Source of the DNA: Octopus vulgaris
Taxonomy: Eukaryota
DNA: 64,000 nt
NCBI GenBank assembly: GCA_951406725.2
Contig: OX597840.1
Coordinates: 1,426,001 to 1,490,000 of the forward strand
Reading direction: 5' to 3'
Made by a program: the position numbers and the translations under genes. Shown here in pieces: positions 1 to 14,290 of the stretch. Numbering within the stretch: position 1 is the stretch's first letter; each line of letters starts with the position of its first letter. The notes below the pieces were generated by a model. That model did not search any database, was not told the DNA's origin, and worked only from the letters and a program-made list of their open reading frames with translations.

Positions 1-274
1 AAGGAATCTTGATTCAATGCTACTAATAAAAGCGACTATGTTTATGTATGTATGTGTGACTGTACATTTGATTTTACGAATGTGCGCACCGTAAACACAA
101 ATAATACAAAAAGTGTGTGTGTGTGTGTGTATAATATGTGTGTGTGTGAGTGTGTTTGTGTGTGTGTGTGTTTGTGCGTGTGTGTGTGGGTGTGTTTGTG
201 TGTGTGTGTTTGTGTGTTTGTGGGTGAGTGTTTGAGTGTGTGTGTGTGTTTGTGTGTGTGAGTGTGTTTGTGTG

Positions 275-315
<41 letters not shown>

Positions 316-454
316 GAGTGATAGAGAGACAGAAGAAGAAAGAGATGAGAGTTATGGAAGACCATAACAAACGTAATATTACACACGCTGAAATTTTTTC
401 AATTTTGAACACCTTTCTTTTATTATATAAAAACAGAATTGCAACAACCTAAGC

Positions 455-725
455 ACTGTGTGCGTAGCTTAGTGCTTAAGGTTCAATTCCACGGACGGGT
501 GGTGTGTTGTGCTCATGGTTAAAAGACTTAATTTTACATTGCTCCAGTCTATCCAGCTGTAAATATAAAACACTGGTATTGACTAGCCGCTCAATAAGGA
601 AGAATGCTGGTTCCTCCGCCTAAGCAGCAGACCAGCAGCGTTTGAAAGGTAAAACGATGCAAAAAGTGCATTGTGACCAGCGATGCATAAGAACAGCCAC
701 TACTCTGCTCAATTACGTTCTCATG
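455..725 (+). mobile_element. Degenerate tRNA-derived SINE
   Basis: Head with box A/B-like 'gtagcttagtg...ggttcaattcc'; body resembles 25350-25660; tail 'aaaacgatgc...cattgtgaccagcgatg' is shared with 14372-14480 and 19905-20030. Confidence 0.6.
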
Positions 726-1194
726 TAGTCATATGTATATATATATATATATAAGTAACAAATCCGATTTAGACCGAAGATCCGACATAGATTCAGTTCT
801 AGGAGCAGCATAGGTATAAAACACGAACAAATTTACGGTTCAAAACTATTACACACACACATACACACACACAGACACACACACACACATATTCTCTTAT
901 TCTCTTATATGTTTCAGTCCAATGACTGTGGCCATGCTAGAGCACCGCCATTGTAATCATCTTTACACTTTCTCCCTTTGTCGGAGCGGATTCTGGTTAA
1001 GGATGGATTTCGATGCTACTGCCCTCTTTTGAGTTTCTTGCTTAGATATTGGCTCATCCGGGATCTCCGCGAGTCAGTGGTCAAGTTCATGTTTGAAAAC
1101 GTCTACATCCACTCCATGGAGTTTCCTCAGATGCTTCGGCAGACAGTTAAACAGCTGTGGGCCCTTGAAACCCAAGCTATTATATATATATATA

Positions 1195-1440
1195 TACTTT
1201 ACTATTAAATCTGCAAAAGCATCACAAAAATAACAGAAAAAACTGCTACTCAGAATTTCACGTTCCCAGTCGATGAGCAGTTGTTCCCGATGAATGGGAA
1301 CAGGAAACTCTGAGCAGCAGCTTTTTGTGATAATTTTGCGATGTTTCTGCAGCTGTAATATTAAAGCATAGTACTCTACTACCGGTATTCGAGTACTATT
1401 CTTACCCGACCTTGTTTCACATTTATGTGCTTACTCGGGT
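1195..1440. mobile_element. Fold-back (inverted pLTR-like) element with degenerate hammerhead motif, inserted in (TA)n
   Basis: Arms 1195-1268 and 1295-1368 are reverse complements with mismatches. The + arm reads CCGATGA-atgggaacag-GAAA-ctctgag-ca. About 70 bp of unpaired tail on the right; TA repeats on both sides. Confidence 0.65.
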
Positions 1441-1450
1441 ATATATATAT

Positions 1451-1642
1451 AGGGAGAGTTTACGAAAAAAAACAAATGACGAAGACAGGTGGTGTACAAA
1501 ACAAACAGATGTATTAGTATAACGCTCAGGAATAGAAAATATATTTTACGTTTCGAGCCTAGGCTCTTCTACAGAATGGGACACAGAAAGAAACAGGAAG
1601 AGAAACAAGGAGAGAAAAAATGTGTGTAGTCGCTAACGATCT

Positions 1643-1646
<4 letters not shown>
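1451..1646 (-). mobile_element. Solo PLE pLTR-like fragment with minimal hammerhead motif
   Basis: Minus strand 1543-1578 reads CTGTAGA-A-GAGC ctag GCTC-GAAA-CG-TA. Same family as 14961-15152 and 46993-47170; flanked by (TA)n. Confidence 0.65.
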
Positions 1647-1675
<29 letters not shown>

Positions 1676-1921
1676 CATATTATGCTGATGTCAATTGCTG
1701 ACTTAGAGACATGCATATCACGACTTTACTTTCATCTCCTGAAAATAAACAAATCCCTTTCCCTATTGGAATGTCACCTATTATTCTTGATTCTTCAGAT
1801 TTTCTTAGCCTCTCCTGTGGACCTAGATTTCATTGGCATTTCGTAATTATCATGCTCCATCTGGAGACGGCGATAATTTTAATAAATCTACAATCTATAT
1901 TGGATGGTATTCAGTCTGTTT

Positions 1922-2370
<449 letters not shown>

Positions 2371-3002
2371 TATATATACATAGAAATGTGCTTGTATCTA
2401 TGCATTAGATATGAATATATAAATAATGAAATATATATGTGTGTATGTGTACGAGTGTCTGTGAGTATGTGTTTGTGCGTGTGTGTTTGTGTTTGTGTGT
2501 GCATGTGTGGGGTATGTATAAGTATGTTTCATGAATGTATTAGTGCACCTGTACGTGTACTTAGGGGTATGTGCGCGTGTATTTCTATGAAATTATTTCT
2601 TTGCATAAACTGTGGTACGTTTACATTAGCTATGACGTCATGCGAATATCACAAAAATATTGGGAACTTTTATCGATCTGCTTTCACGAGATGATCGATG
2701 AACAGATGAAAGAAGCCGTCGATGAAACGATAAATAGAGCGAATCAAACATCCCCAAAAACATCGGTAGAGGGCGCCTATTTAAACATTTAAAACGCAAG
2801 GAAAATACCAAATTTCACACATACTGCATATGCGTCTATCGAAATAATTTAATATTTCTTTTTTTTTTTCGGTTCTTTTACAATTTTTGGTTCGGAAGAC
2901 AATATGGGTGCATGTGTACGTATATGGAAAAGTATGTAAGTATGTATACGGGGACAGGAAAACGTGTGTGTTTGTGTGTACATGTGTATTTGCGCTTATA
3001 TA

Positions 3003-3043
<41 letters not shown>

Positions 3044-3083
3044 ACTGAAATGTTTTTATACATATGTAATTGCATTAGTACTC

Positions 3084-3169
<86 letters not shown>

Positions 3170-3198
3170 GTATATATATATATATATATGTATCTATG

Positions 3199-3230
<32 letters not shown>

Positions 3231-3310
3231 TATACACATATATATATATATATGTATATGTATATACATATGATTCTATAACGATGTCTATCTGTGAGAG
3301 AGAGCGACAC

Positions 3311-3342
<32 letters not shown>

Positions 3343-3668
3343 ATAAAGTAAGGAAAAGGGAAAGACCTTATATAGCCATATGCTTCCAATTATAGACCCA
3401 ACTATTCATTTAGAATGTGTCTTTCACGAACACACACACTTACCCACTGACACACACACACACACACACACACAATCACGCACGTATAACACTCACACAC
3501 ACGCATGCACGTATGTAAAAGCACATATAAATATGCACACATGGGTGTGCGTAAGTGCATGGTACCTATTTATTGATTGATGGACCGGTATGTATGGGTG
3601 AGTCTCGTTCGTCTTTTCATGTTTGAATTCCGGAAAATACTCTGCAAGCATTAATATATATACTAGCA

Positions 3669-3898
3669 AGCGAGCTGGTAGAATTGTTAGCACACCGGGC
3701 GAAATGCGTAGCCGTATTTCGTCCGCTGTTACGTTCTGAGTTCAAATTCCGCCGAGGTCGACTTTGCCTTTCATCCTTTCGGGGTCGATAAATTAAGTAC
3801 CAGTAACGCACTGGGGTCGATATAATCGACTTAATCCGTTTGTCTGTCCTTGTTTGTACTCTCTATGTTTAGCCCCTTGTGGGTAGTAAAAAAATATA
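3669..3898 (+). mobile_element. tRNA-derived SINE family A (core 'gtcgactttgcctttcatcctttcggggtcgataaa..agtacc', Nin/Deu-like) with 16-bp TSD
   Basis: Head 'gcgagctggtagaattgttagc...gagttcaaattcc'; TSD aatatatatactagca at 3653-3668 and 3899-3914; more than 12 copies in the window. Confidence 0.85.
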
Positions 3899-3908
3899 AA
3901 TATATATA

Positions 3909-4470
3909 CTAGCAGATGCACCCGGCGTTGCTCAAGAATGAAGTTGGTCCTTATAAGTTGGAATAAAAAAGCCAAAAATGTGCAGAATTTCTGCACTTTT
4001 TTCCGTATGTGTGAAGACACTGCATGCTTTTATTTCATCAGATCTTGTTTGTCGCGGAATGACTGATAAGGTCTGGCTAAATTCTCTTGATACAACTAAC
4101 GTACCTCCTCCCATAGATTTATAATTGACTCTGATGTCCTGTAAGGTCTTATCAAAGAGCTTCCATTGTACCTCTATGAGACATGTATATGTTTCAAATG
4201 ATCAGGTGGCAGTGGCGAAACACTTCTGCTGAACCTGAACATTTGGTTATTTTACAAATCGGACTGCCATTTGTAATCATGTTTAGTGATAATTTAAAAG
4301 GAGAATGAGTTGTTTGTCCTCCCGGGAGAATGGTGGCAGTAATGCCAGACGATGCTACGGCAATTGCAATTCATTTTTGCTACCTTAACTTGGAGAGAAG
4401 CAATGTTGTTACCTTGGAGAGAAGCAGTGTTGTTACAAATGTTTTACCAGGAACATCAAGAAATAATAGT
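3909..4470 (-). pseudogene. Helitron remnant: degraded PIF1-family helicase joined to a CTAG 3' end
   Basis: Minus-strand translation across stops and frameshifts: LFLDVPGKTF (broken Walker A)...IAIAVASSGITATILPGGQTTHSPFKL...DKTLQDIR...MGGGTLVVSREFSQTLSVIPRQTRSDEIKAC. Terminus 'gagcaacgccgggtgcatctgCTAG|t' fits a Helitron 3' end. Confidence 0.8.
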
Positions 4471-4477
4471 ATTAATG

Positions 4478-4713
<236 letters not shown>

Positions 4714-4714
4714 G

Positions 4715-4781
<67 letters not shown>

Positions 4782-6385
4782 CAACAACAACAATAATAAA
4801 TAAATAAATAAGTAAATGATTCGAACTTTTATCATATACGTGTTTTGACTTTGTGTGCAACGTCACCTACAGCAAATAATCTGGTCAATACCGTAGATTA
4901 GCTTGTCACTTGTTTGACCTTAAGAAGTTCAACATGACCCTTAGAGGAATCTCATCACAAGCAGGAATAGTGGGGAAGTATCAGAAGGATTCTTTGAGGT
5001 TTAAATAATTCGTCTCTGGAAACATGGATGCTTCATTCATCATCCTGAAACAACTCTTATTGAGGAAACCTTTTCAGGAAAACTATTTTAAACTAGGCGT
5101 CATTTACAAGGACATGAGCTGTTTAACTTAATATGGGGCCACCATGTTGCGCACATATTTGTGTGATGTATGTACCTGGTGTACCATTATCAGACTTGCA
5201 ATCTTGACGGAAAGCATCAGTTAATCTTCATAACTTAATATTAGAAGTGAAACATGCGTGGAAGAAATTCTCATTGCTCAGCCATAGACAACGCTATTCC
5301 AGTAGAGCGGACAAATAGGACATTTATTCGCAGTCTTAAATGGCGGATATCATAAATTAGTGTTTTAATAATTTTACACGGATACAGCCATCATCAGCGG
5401 AAAGAGAATATTTTATGGCAATTCTCAATATGGAAATTAGGAATTTTATTCTACCAGAGACTAACAATTAATAATAATAATATTTTGTACTGATTTAAAT
5501 TGAAAAAAATGTATAAAAAATTACCTTTAAGAAGACGAGTCTTAATTTGTTTTTAAACCGTTTGGAACACAAATTCATGCAACCTTTCCCTGACATTTAA
5601 GGGTTAATGACTAACGTAGGGGTCATAGATGTAGGATTAATTTCCTGAAATTAAGGAGGTATGTATGAATGTATTGATAATTATTGCGTACTGTGCAGTA
5701 GTAGAATGAGTTTGTAGTAGGGTTTTACTGCAGAAAATAGCAGAAACTATATCGATCGGAAGCAGGCTCGTTGCAAGGTGGAAAATCGAGAACTTAATGT
5801 AGTAAATAGTTAAATATCGATTTCTTTAGTAATATAGTGATATAATCTGCAAGAGGCCAAACTTGCATAATTTTAACCCATTAAATTTCCCTATGCAGTT
5901 ACACTATTAGAATCGCAAATTCTGAATCTGGGAAAAAATTATATTAATATGCGTTTGTATTAAACAGTATTTCTGTAATGTCTCTTTAGATCTAAGCTAT
6001 CTTTATATTCCAATATATTATTCCACCAGCACTGGTTATATTTTCATATTTATTTCTCTGCCGCATAAATATATAGGCATAGATATGTGTTTTTAACGGG
6101 AAATCAGGCTCGATAGTGCTACATTGTTTATTAGTTATAATTTCTGCGCAAAGACGTGTTTCTAGACAGGAATAAGTTCAAATCAAAATGGAGTGTTATA
6201 CTAAATGCCTGCGACAGGGTTAGCAGAGGAAAACCTACCTATGTTACAGGTAGAGTTGAGTTACCATATGATGGTTTTAGTTTCACATTCACGCTCTGGA
6301 GATATATAAGCTACATATACATACATACATACATACATACATACATACATAAATACATACATACATACATACATATATACATACA

Positions 6386-6419
<34 letters not shown>

Positions 6420-6500
6420 CAAACATACATACATACATACATACATACATACATACATACATACATACATACATACATACATACATACATACATACGTAG

Positions 6501-6688
6501 GTGTTTACCATCATAAACGTCAGCTGCCCTGCAAATATATACATCTCTTTGAAAACCAAAGAAAAAGCGGATATCTATGGACAACGGTTTCGAAACCTCC
6601 AGCTTCTATATCCAGACAATGAATTCATGTTCATACTAATCATAATTGGAGCATTAGGTTTTGTTAGTAAATGCTTAAAAGAGAATGT
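6501..6688 (+). pseudogene. RLE (restriction-like endonuclease) non-LTR retrotransposon fragment
   Basis: FTIINVSCPANIYISLKTKEKADIY...LQLLYPDNEFMFILIIIGALG matches the xxE/D..P...K..KY...IIGALG segment of RLE domains. Confidence 0.6.
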
Positions 6689-6689
6689 C

Positions 6690-6796
6690 GACCCGTGGCT
6701 ATTGAGGAAGACACCGCCCAAGTTGCCACGAAGTGGAACTGAACACGGAACCATATGTTTGGTAATCAAGCTACTTACCACACAGCCACTCCTACG

Positions 6797-6798
<2 letters not shown>
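6690..6798 (-). mobile_element. SINE family B 5' fragment
   Basis: Reverse complement of the 18035 head 'ggagtggctgtgtggtaagtagcttg'. Confidence 0.75.
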
Positions 6799-6890
<92 letters not shown>

Positions 6891-7040
6891 CCCCGCAATT
6901 CCGCTATAGAATTGCAAAGGAGCTCTAGGGAAACCACTACAGGTTTTTTTCCAGACCTTCGTCGCAACAACCTGACTTCTCAGAGTTAAAGGAAGAGAAA
7001 ATATGTACAATCCATAAAACTGTTAGCAGAGCAGATGCAA

Positions 7041-8413
7041 AAGATTATAGACCTGCCTCTCTCGCCTCCCATGTCAGTAAAGGTATAGAACGCATTGTGA
7101 AGAGGAAACTAAACGACATCCTCGAAGATAATGAATTTCTCCCTGACACTTTCCATGGTTTCCGTTTAAAAATGAAACTCTGTTACACAACTTTTGCAGC
7201 GTTATAGTATTGAAATAGTTGGTGAATTGCTTAAACTTGCATGTGATATATCTTGACTCTGCAAATACCTTTGATCAAATCGATCATGGAATGATATATC
7301 ACAAAATACAATGACTTGGTATAGATCTAAACTGAGAGTGTAGTCACATGATTTCTTAAAAACAGAAACCAGGCAGTGGCAGCCAATGGAACCCTCTCCA
7401 ATTAGTAGAGAGAAGAGTTGGGGCCGATGCTATTTAAATTGTCTCCCTCGGACATGACATTATTTACAAGATATCCACATCTAATAGCTAGATGGTGACA
7501 CATAATTAGTACAAGCAGTCAAGGAATCTTCTTATGCTAATTTTCTACAGAGAAACCTAAATATCATATAAATATAGGAGAAAGAAAACAACATGTAATT
7601 TATTGCAAGTAAATTCCAAGCTTGGTGCTCACATACTTTGCACCAAAAGGCAGCAATCCGAGAGTTAAGTGTTTTGCGTGATCTAAGGATTGATACGAGA
7701 AACGACGCCTAAATTCACATACCTGTCACCAAGCTGGTGGAAATGTGCAGGCAAATGGCCGGGTGGATTATGAAAACTTTCAGAACATGGGACCAGAAAC
7801 GAATGCTGGTTCTATGGAAATCCTTTGTACTCACCCGTCTGGGCTACTGTTCTCAACTGTGGTCACATACTAGTGTCAAATTGATAGCGGAACAGGAGGC
7901 AGATCAGCGCTGGCATAGCTGAGCTACTGGTAGAGACTGAAAGAGCGACGGCTCCATCCTCTGGAGCGAAGACGTGGAAAATATACGGTGATATATGTAT
8001 GGAAGATCCTGGAAGCGTTGACACCAAACTTTAGGATCAAGAGCTATCCGAAGCCCGGAATTGGACGTCACTGTACTGTTCCAAAGATCCCAGCTATCCT
8101 ATCTAGATTGAGGAACATATACTGTAGTAGCTTAAGATTGAAGGGCGCACAGCTATTTAACGCCTTACCAAAATATCTGAGGGATCATCATGGAGTAGGG
8201 GCAAACGTTTTCAAGAAACTTGATATCCTGGTGTCCAAGGTCCCAGGTAAACCTATATCGGGGCAGAACACTTCAAAGTGGGAGCTGTATCGCACTCTCT
8301 CCTCCATCAGGAGACAGTCACATAAAAATGGCCACTTGAAAAGTGATTACACAGGCGGCATTCCAGCATGGCTACAGGCCACAGCGTTTGACCTGAAATA
8401 TATAAATGAAATA
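7041..8413 (+). pseudogene. 5'-truncated, decayed CR1/L2-group LINE (RT domain and C-terminus)
   Basis: DYRPASLASHVSK, HGFR, VIYLDSANTFD, YCSQLWS, LERRR, IYVWKILE and GAQLFNALP motifs in shifting frames with stops; ends at (TA)n. Confidence 0.85.
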
Positions 8414-8482
<69 letters not shown>

Positions 8483-8927
8483 GTGTGTGTGTGTGTGTGT
8501 GTGCATTTATGTATATATATATATGCATACATATATGTCTATATAATTAAATTATTAGTATATATATTTATATATATATATATATATATTATATTTTTTT
8601 ATATATCTATCATCTATATATATATTTAGAGTGAGAGATAGAGAGAGAAAGAGGGCGATAGAAGGGAGGGAAATACATACAAATATATAATATATAGACA
8701 AAAATATATATAGCTGTGTGCGCGTGTGTGTGTATGTGTGAGTGTGTGTAGATTTGTATTTTCACGAATGTCAAATGGATTTCCTTGAAAGTAAGTTTAT
8801 GAATATCAATGATCTGATTCAAATTTATTATTGACGACGACTGTTGGGACATTTACATCTTACCTGGCAGCTTATCACATTGAATATATATATATGGAGT
8901 TATATGTAGGTGTGTGTATGCATATAC

Positions 8928-8981
<54 letters not shown>

Positions 8982-9061
8982 TTATGCGTATATATACCCA
9001 CACATGCAGACAGGTATATTTAATTCCATTTTATATATATAAGTATATATATAAATATGTG

Positions 9062-9099
<38 letters not shown>

Positions 9100-9717
9100 T
9101 GTATAAATATATACTTACACACGCACGTACACACACGTACACACATAGATATATATACGTATACATAGTACATGCAAGCATTCAGAAACACATGCATGTT
9201 TCTTCGATGGATCGACCGGGAACATCAAATTATGTTTAAGTATGACTGATGACTTACGCAATAACATTGCGTAATGACAAGTGTTGCGCACCACGAGAAT
9301 CTCTCTTTCATCTGTGACTGCATCGGGAATGTAATGGGAAGATTACGTCAGATTGCTTGGGGATGGAGAGGTTCGGAGTTAATGACAAATTCCTCTTACT
9401 AGCCCCAAAAGTCTCTCTGCACACCACAACTGTTGGTGCAGCTGACTAGCTTTTCTTTCAACCACACCGGTTTCCAACGCGATGTTCAATTAGCTGTGTT
9501 CTAATAAAGCCATAACTGTAATCCTGGCAGGTGTTTTTCTTCCATGACAGAGGTGACTTACGAACAATTGTGTTTAAGAAGTGGTTCTGTACTTCTCATA
9601 TCACTGGTATTCCGTAAATAAGGCCGCATTTCAAGATACAGTTAAACCTCATACACCGTACAAATACGTTTCTACCTATCAAGCGCCTGCCTACATTTCT
9701 GCCTACCTGCCTACCTA

Positions 9718-9945
9718 TTTCTTTACTACCTACAAAGGGGCTAAACACATAGGGGACAAACAAAGACAGACGAACGGATTAAGTCGATTACATCGACCCT
9801 AGTGCGTAACGGGTACTTAATTTATCGACCCTAAAAGGATGAAAGGCAAAGTCGACCTTGGCGGAATTTGAACTCAGAACGTAGCGGCAGACGAAATACG
9901 GCTAGGCATTTCACCCGGCATGCTAACGTTTCTGTCAGTTCGCCG
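9718..9945 (-). mobile_element. SINE family A
   Basis: Reverse complement of 3669-3898. Confidence 0.85.
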
Positions 9946-10019
9946 TCTACCTACCTACCTACCTACCTACCTACCTACCTACCTACATACATACATACAT
10001 GCATACATAAATTATTATG

Positions 10020-10200
10020 GCTGCCCCCTCGATATCGAGTATGGCCATTGCACGAAGTTTAACTGTTACTGGTGCTGTGATCGAATGTGACTTTTTAGCC
10101 CAGCTAAAGATCTACAATGTCTTGTACAAAATTGGCAACTAAAACATTTACTGGTAATAGCCGGCTGTAGTTGTAACTGGGCTTCATGTACCTGCCGAAT
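10020..10200 (-). pseudogene. RTE-clade LINE 3' end
   Basis: CFSCQFCTRHCRSLAGLKSHIRSQH, the C2H2-like motif typical of RTE ORF C-termini, followed by a short 3' UTR. Confidence 0.65.
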
Positions 10201-10385
10201 TACACTCTCTTCCACATACCCGACAGATACATATATACACACATACATACATGCATAGTAAATAGATATATACATGCATAAATATATGCATGCCTACATG
10301 CAAACACGCATATGCAAAGCTATCGACATAGATATACGCATACATCCATATAGACATACGTATATAGATGGATGGATACATACAT

Positions 10386-10773
10386 GGGGAAGCACTCCGT
10401 CGGTTACGACGATGAGGGTTCTGGTTGATCCGAATCAACGGAACAGCCTGCTCTTGAAATTAACGTGTAAGTGGCTGAGCACTCCACAGACACGTGCACC
10501 CTTAACGTAGTTCTCGAGGATGTTCAGCGTGACACAGAGAGTGACAAGGCCGGCCCCTTGAAATACAGGTACAACAGAAACAGGAAGTAAGAGTGAGTGA
10601 AAGTTGTGGTGAAATAGTACAGCAGGGATCACCACCATCCCCTGCCGGAGCCTCGTGGAGCTTTTAGGTGTTTTCGCTCAATAAACACTCACAACGCCCG
10701 GTCTGGGAATCGAAACAGCGATCCTATGACCGCGAGTCCGCTGCCCTAATCACTGGGTCATTGCGCCTCCACG
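10386..10773 (-). mobile_element. tRNA-derived SINE family C (OR-like head) flanked by a ~145-bp direct repeat
   Basis: Head 'ggaggcgcaatgacccagtgattagggcagcggactcgcgg...gtttcgattccc'; flanks 10237-10385 and 10774-10918 are near-identical. Confidence 0.85.
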
Positions 10774-11586
10774 ACACACATACATACATGCATAGTAAAT
10801 AGATATATACATACATAAATATATGCATGCCTACATGCAAACACGCATATGCAAAGCTATCTACATAGATATACGCATACATCCATATAGACATAGATAG
10901 ATGCATGGATACATACATACGGGCTTCCATACACACTTAAATGCAAATACAGAGGCATACAAAACGAGGGATTTGAATGAACGCCATACGTGTAATTCCA
11001 CAGACACCTAAACACACAAACACCTAAACACACAGACTTTTCAAGACTGACGCAGTGTGTGACGCAAAAATAAATCTAAAACGGAAAAAGAAAAAATGGC
11101 GGCCATTAATAAGAAAATTTCTAGCAATTTTCTCCGTAATTTTCACAACTATAACCCACTTTCGCCCTTTCATTTCAAATATACGCCACTTGCATTAGCG
11201 TTTCTTAGTTGACTACTACTTCCTTGTCGATAAATCTATATGATACGACAGAACAAAATTGAATTAGGTTTGTGTGTATTCACAGTAAATGTAGGTAATT
11301 CGATGTTTTATTTTGTATTATTGTTCAATGATGACTTTTGAGAATTGCATAAAGATTTTGCTTCAGTTAAAGCATTTACTCAAGCAATATACTAATGTGA
11401 TGTAATATTGTGTTAGTGTAATATTTAAAAATATATTACATTATATTATATTACAATTTTATTATACATTCATACATATACATATTTATATACATGCATG
11501 TATATATATATATATGTGTGATGTTAAAGTGAATTTAATTACAAAGACTTTATTGGAAAATGCTGTATATATATAAATATGCATGC

Positions 11587-11624
<38 letters not shown>

Positions 11625-11945
11625 CATGAATACATACATATATATACATATGAATATATACATAGATATATATATATTTATATAAATATATTTATATATA
11701 TATATGTATTTATGTATGTGTGTATAAGAATATATTTAGAGAAACACATACAAATATACATATATGTCTATAAGTGTATATGTACATGTATATGCAAATT
11801 TATGAACATATACACACACATTAATACACACTCAGATACACAAATACAAAATCACATATATGTATATATCGCGAAGTGCTAATGAAATGATTATTACGAT
11901 TTTAAACAGTAGGAGTGGAATTGTTATTATTATTATTATTATTAA

Positions 11946-11987
<42 letters not shown>

Positions 11988-12034
11988 CTTTATTAGTAGT
12001 GTCGGTAGTAGGAATAATAGTGATAGCAGCAGCC

Positions 12035-12101
<67 letters not shown>

Positions 12102-12327
12102 ATGTCAGTGTAAGCTAATTTGTGCTTAATTAGAATGTGATACAATGTATGCATACACATATATATATATACCGGTAAATACTTATACAGAGATATGTAT
12201 GTGTTTATACACCTCCACTAACATGCGTAAGCATACGTACTTGTAGAAGTGAATAGATGCGTATTGATACACACAGACACACACACACACATATATATAT
12301 ATATATGTATATATATGTGTGTGTGAG

Positions 12328-12373
<46 letters not shown>

Positions 12374-12508
12374 CCTTCATCTATCTATCTATCAATATAT
12401 GAATGTATTATTATTGTATCTATGTGTTTCTTCTTTATATCTCGGTGTATGAACGTACATATATATATACTCATACATATGTATATATATATATATACTT
12501 TTAGGTAT

Positions 12509-12546
<38 letters not shown>

Positions 12547-12550
12547 TTTG

Positions 12551-12619
<69 letters not shown>

Positions 12620-12679
12620 CCTGGATATGATATCCGCTGGTGAGAATCCAGTTTCTGAGAACTGGATTTGAGGTGAGCG

Positions 12680-12990
12680 TGGGACTACACCGTCATAAAC
12701 ATTACCACCAGATCCCTTGTGAACCAGAATGATAGCACCTGTCAGTTTCCCATATTTGTGTTGAATAAATATTCTATAGACAGATGCAGCTCTCATAGAT
12801 TTTGACAGAGCCGTTGGGAAGGCAGGTTTCCTAGCAGAAAGAGACCCTGATATAAAACATGAAGACATCTTGCAATGCTTGTTAATAGAATCAAATATAG
12901 TGGCAGAAAGTCATGTCGAAACCAATGTTTACTTAAAGCCGATGGCGGACAGATGCCTCAAGTGTGGACACTGTCTTGTGGCATGATGAC
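12680..12990 (-). pseudogene. Possible highly decayed RLE LINE fragment
   Basis: [16 protein letters not shown] (zinc knuckle/RHD-like), then [10 protein letters not shown]...VYDGVVP (PD..D-like) in another frame. Confidence 0.3.
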
Positions 12991-13039
12991 GCAAGCAACA
13001 TATATATGTATAAAAACATACAAACATACATACATAAAT

Positions 13040-13121
<82 letters not shown>

Positions 13122-13147
13122 CAATATGTTACATTACTCGGTAGTCA

Positions 13148-13210
13148 AGATAAAACTCTGAGTTTCAGATGCCGAAGTGGAAAACCACAACACCATCTCT
13201 TCGGTTATCT
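13148..13210 (-). ncRNA. Type I hammerhead ribozyme motif (variant core) in PLE pLTR
   Basis: AGATAA-CCGAAGA-GATG..CATC-T-GAAA-CTCAGAG-TT-TTATCT: 6-bp stem I, near-palindromic stem III, GUU site. Confidence 0.7.
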
Positions 13211-13404
13211 GGCTATTTGAAAACGTTATGAAAAAATACCGTTAAAAATGAAGGGAAATTACTCTGTTATAACTCTGCTTTGCCTGCGTACTTATACATC
13301 ACTCGCATTTTTCGTCATAAAAATTATATAAAAATACATAAAAATATATAAAAATATATAAAAATATATAAAATCTTCTTGGGACATAACACAGAAAGCA
13401 TGTT

Positions 13405-14135
13405 CTATCCGTTTTCTTTAGGGGACCAAAAACGTAACAGAAATTTAGTCACATGTGGGCATGATCCGAAAAGCTCTGTCCTTGTATTTAGACATGTGGT
13501 AGGGTCTAAGCTGCTTTTCCAGATAAGCCATCTCTCCATGTCGCATAAACCGCACCTTCCGCTGCCGTTAGTATAGGGCTTACATCTGGCCAAAATCTTC
13601 CATTGTATGTTATAATCGACACCTTTATCTCTTAAAGACCAAATATTATTGGATAATTGTGTCGCTTTTCTTTTGTTCCAGTGCCTAAAGCTCAAAGTGT
13701 GGTTATTGAACCTGGCCTTGAAATTACCCTCTGTCAGGCCCACGTATTTCTTCGTCGAAACGGTGTCTTTAGTGGTTATAGAGTTTACGGTAGCTTCATA
13801 TATGATGGTCTTGGACATGCAAGCTCCATTTAGCGGGCACAATTCTTTATTCCTGCATGAACAGCTGTTTTCTTCTTGTGTTTTTTGTATGTTATGATTG
13901 ATTATGTTTTTAAAATTGGTAGTTGAACTAAAACTAATTTTTAAATTGTGTCTATTGAAGAGTTTCCTATAAGCATGGTTAACTGGAAAATGTCTATCTA
14001 TCAGTGCTAGGAAATATTTACCTATATTGAAGGCCACCTCGGGTGAGTAAGGGGGCGTAAACCAGATGACCTTCCTATTTCTATTATTCCTTTTCCTTAT
14101 TGTTGGGCTGGTGATAGGTGTATATTTTATTTTTT
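13405..14135 (-). CDS. PLE ORF C-terminal part: RT thumb/linker, Zn motif and GIY-YIG endonuclease (5'-truncated)
   Basis: VIWFTPPYS, CSCRNKELCPLNGAC, IIYEATV...YVGLTEGNFKARFNNH, CGLCDME, LNTRTE..CPH; no internal stops. The first ~13 codons of ORF 13405..14175 come from the inverted repeat. Confidence 0.9.
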
Positions 14136-14290
14136 CTAATCGAAGAGATGGTGTTGTGGATTTCCACTTCGGCATCTGAAACTCAGAGTTTTATCTTGAC
14201 TACCGAGTAATGTAACATATTGTATAGATAAATTTCCTCTATTTACATAATATTGAGGTCTCTTTCTTTCTTTTGTTATCTTACCGTTTT

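Noticed and set aside
6890-6995. Possible HHR (CTGAGAA...) on the minus strand next to (TA)n
   Set aside because: The core, GAAA and stem I could not be assembled consistently.
9246-9290. CTGATGA followed by a perfect 9-bp hairpin
   Set aside because: Followed by GACA rather than GAAA, with no stem I or III.
9290-9420. hAT dimerisation-like 'DFW..EEF...ERFS' on the minus strand
   Set aside because: Multiple stops and too few conserved residues to call by eye.
14136-14175. ATG start of the 256-aa ORF
   Set aside because: It lies in the antisense of the inverted pLTR and is a chance in-frame fusion, not the native start.
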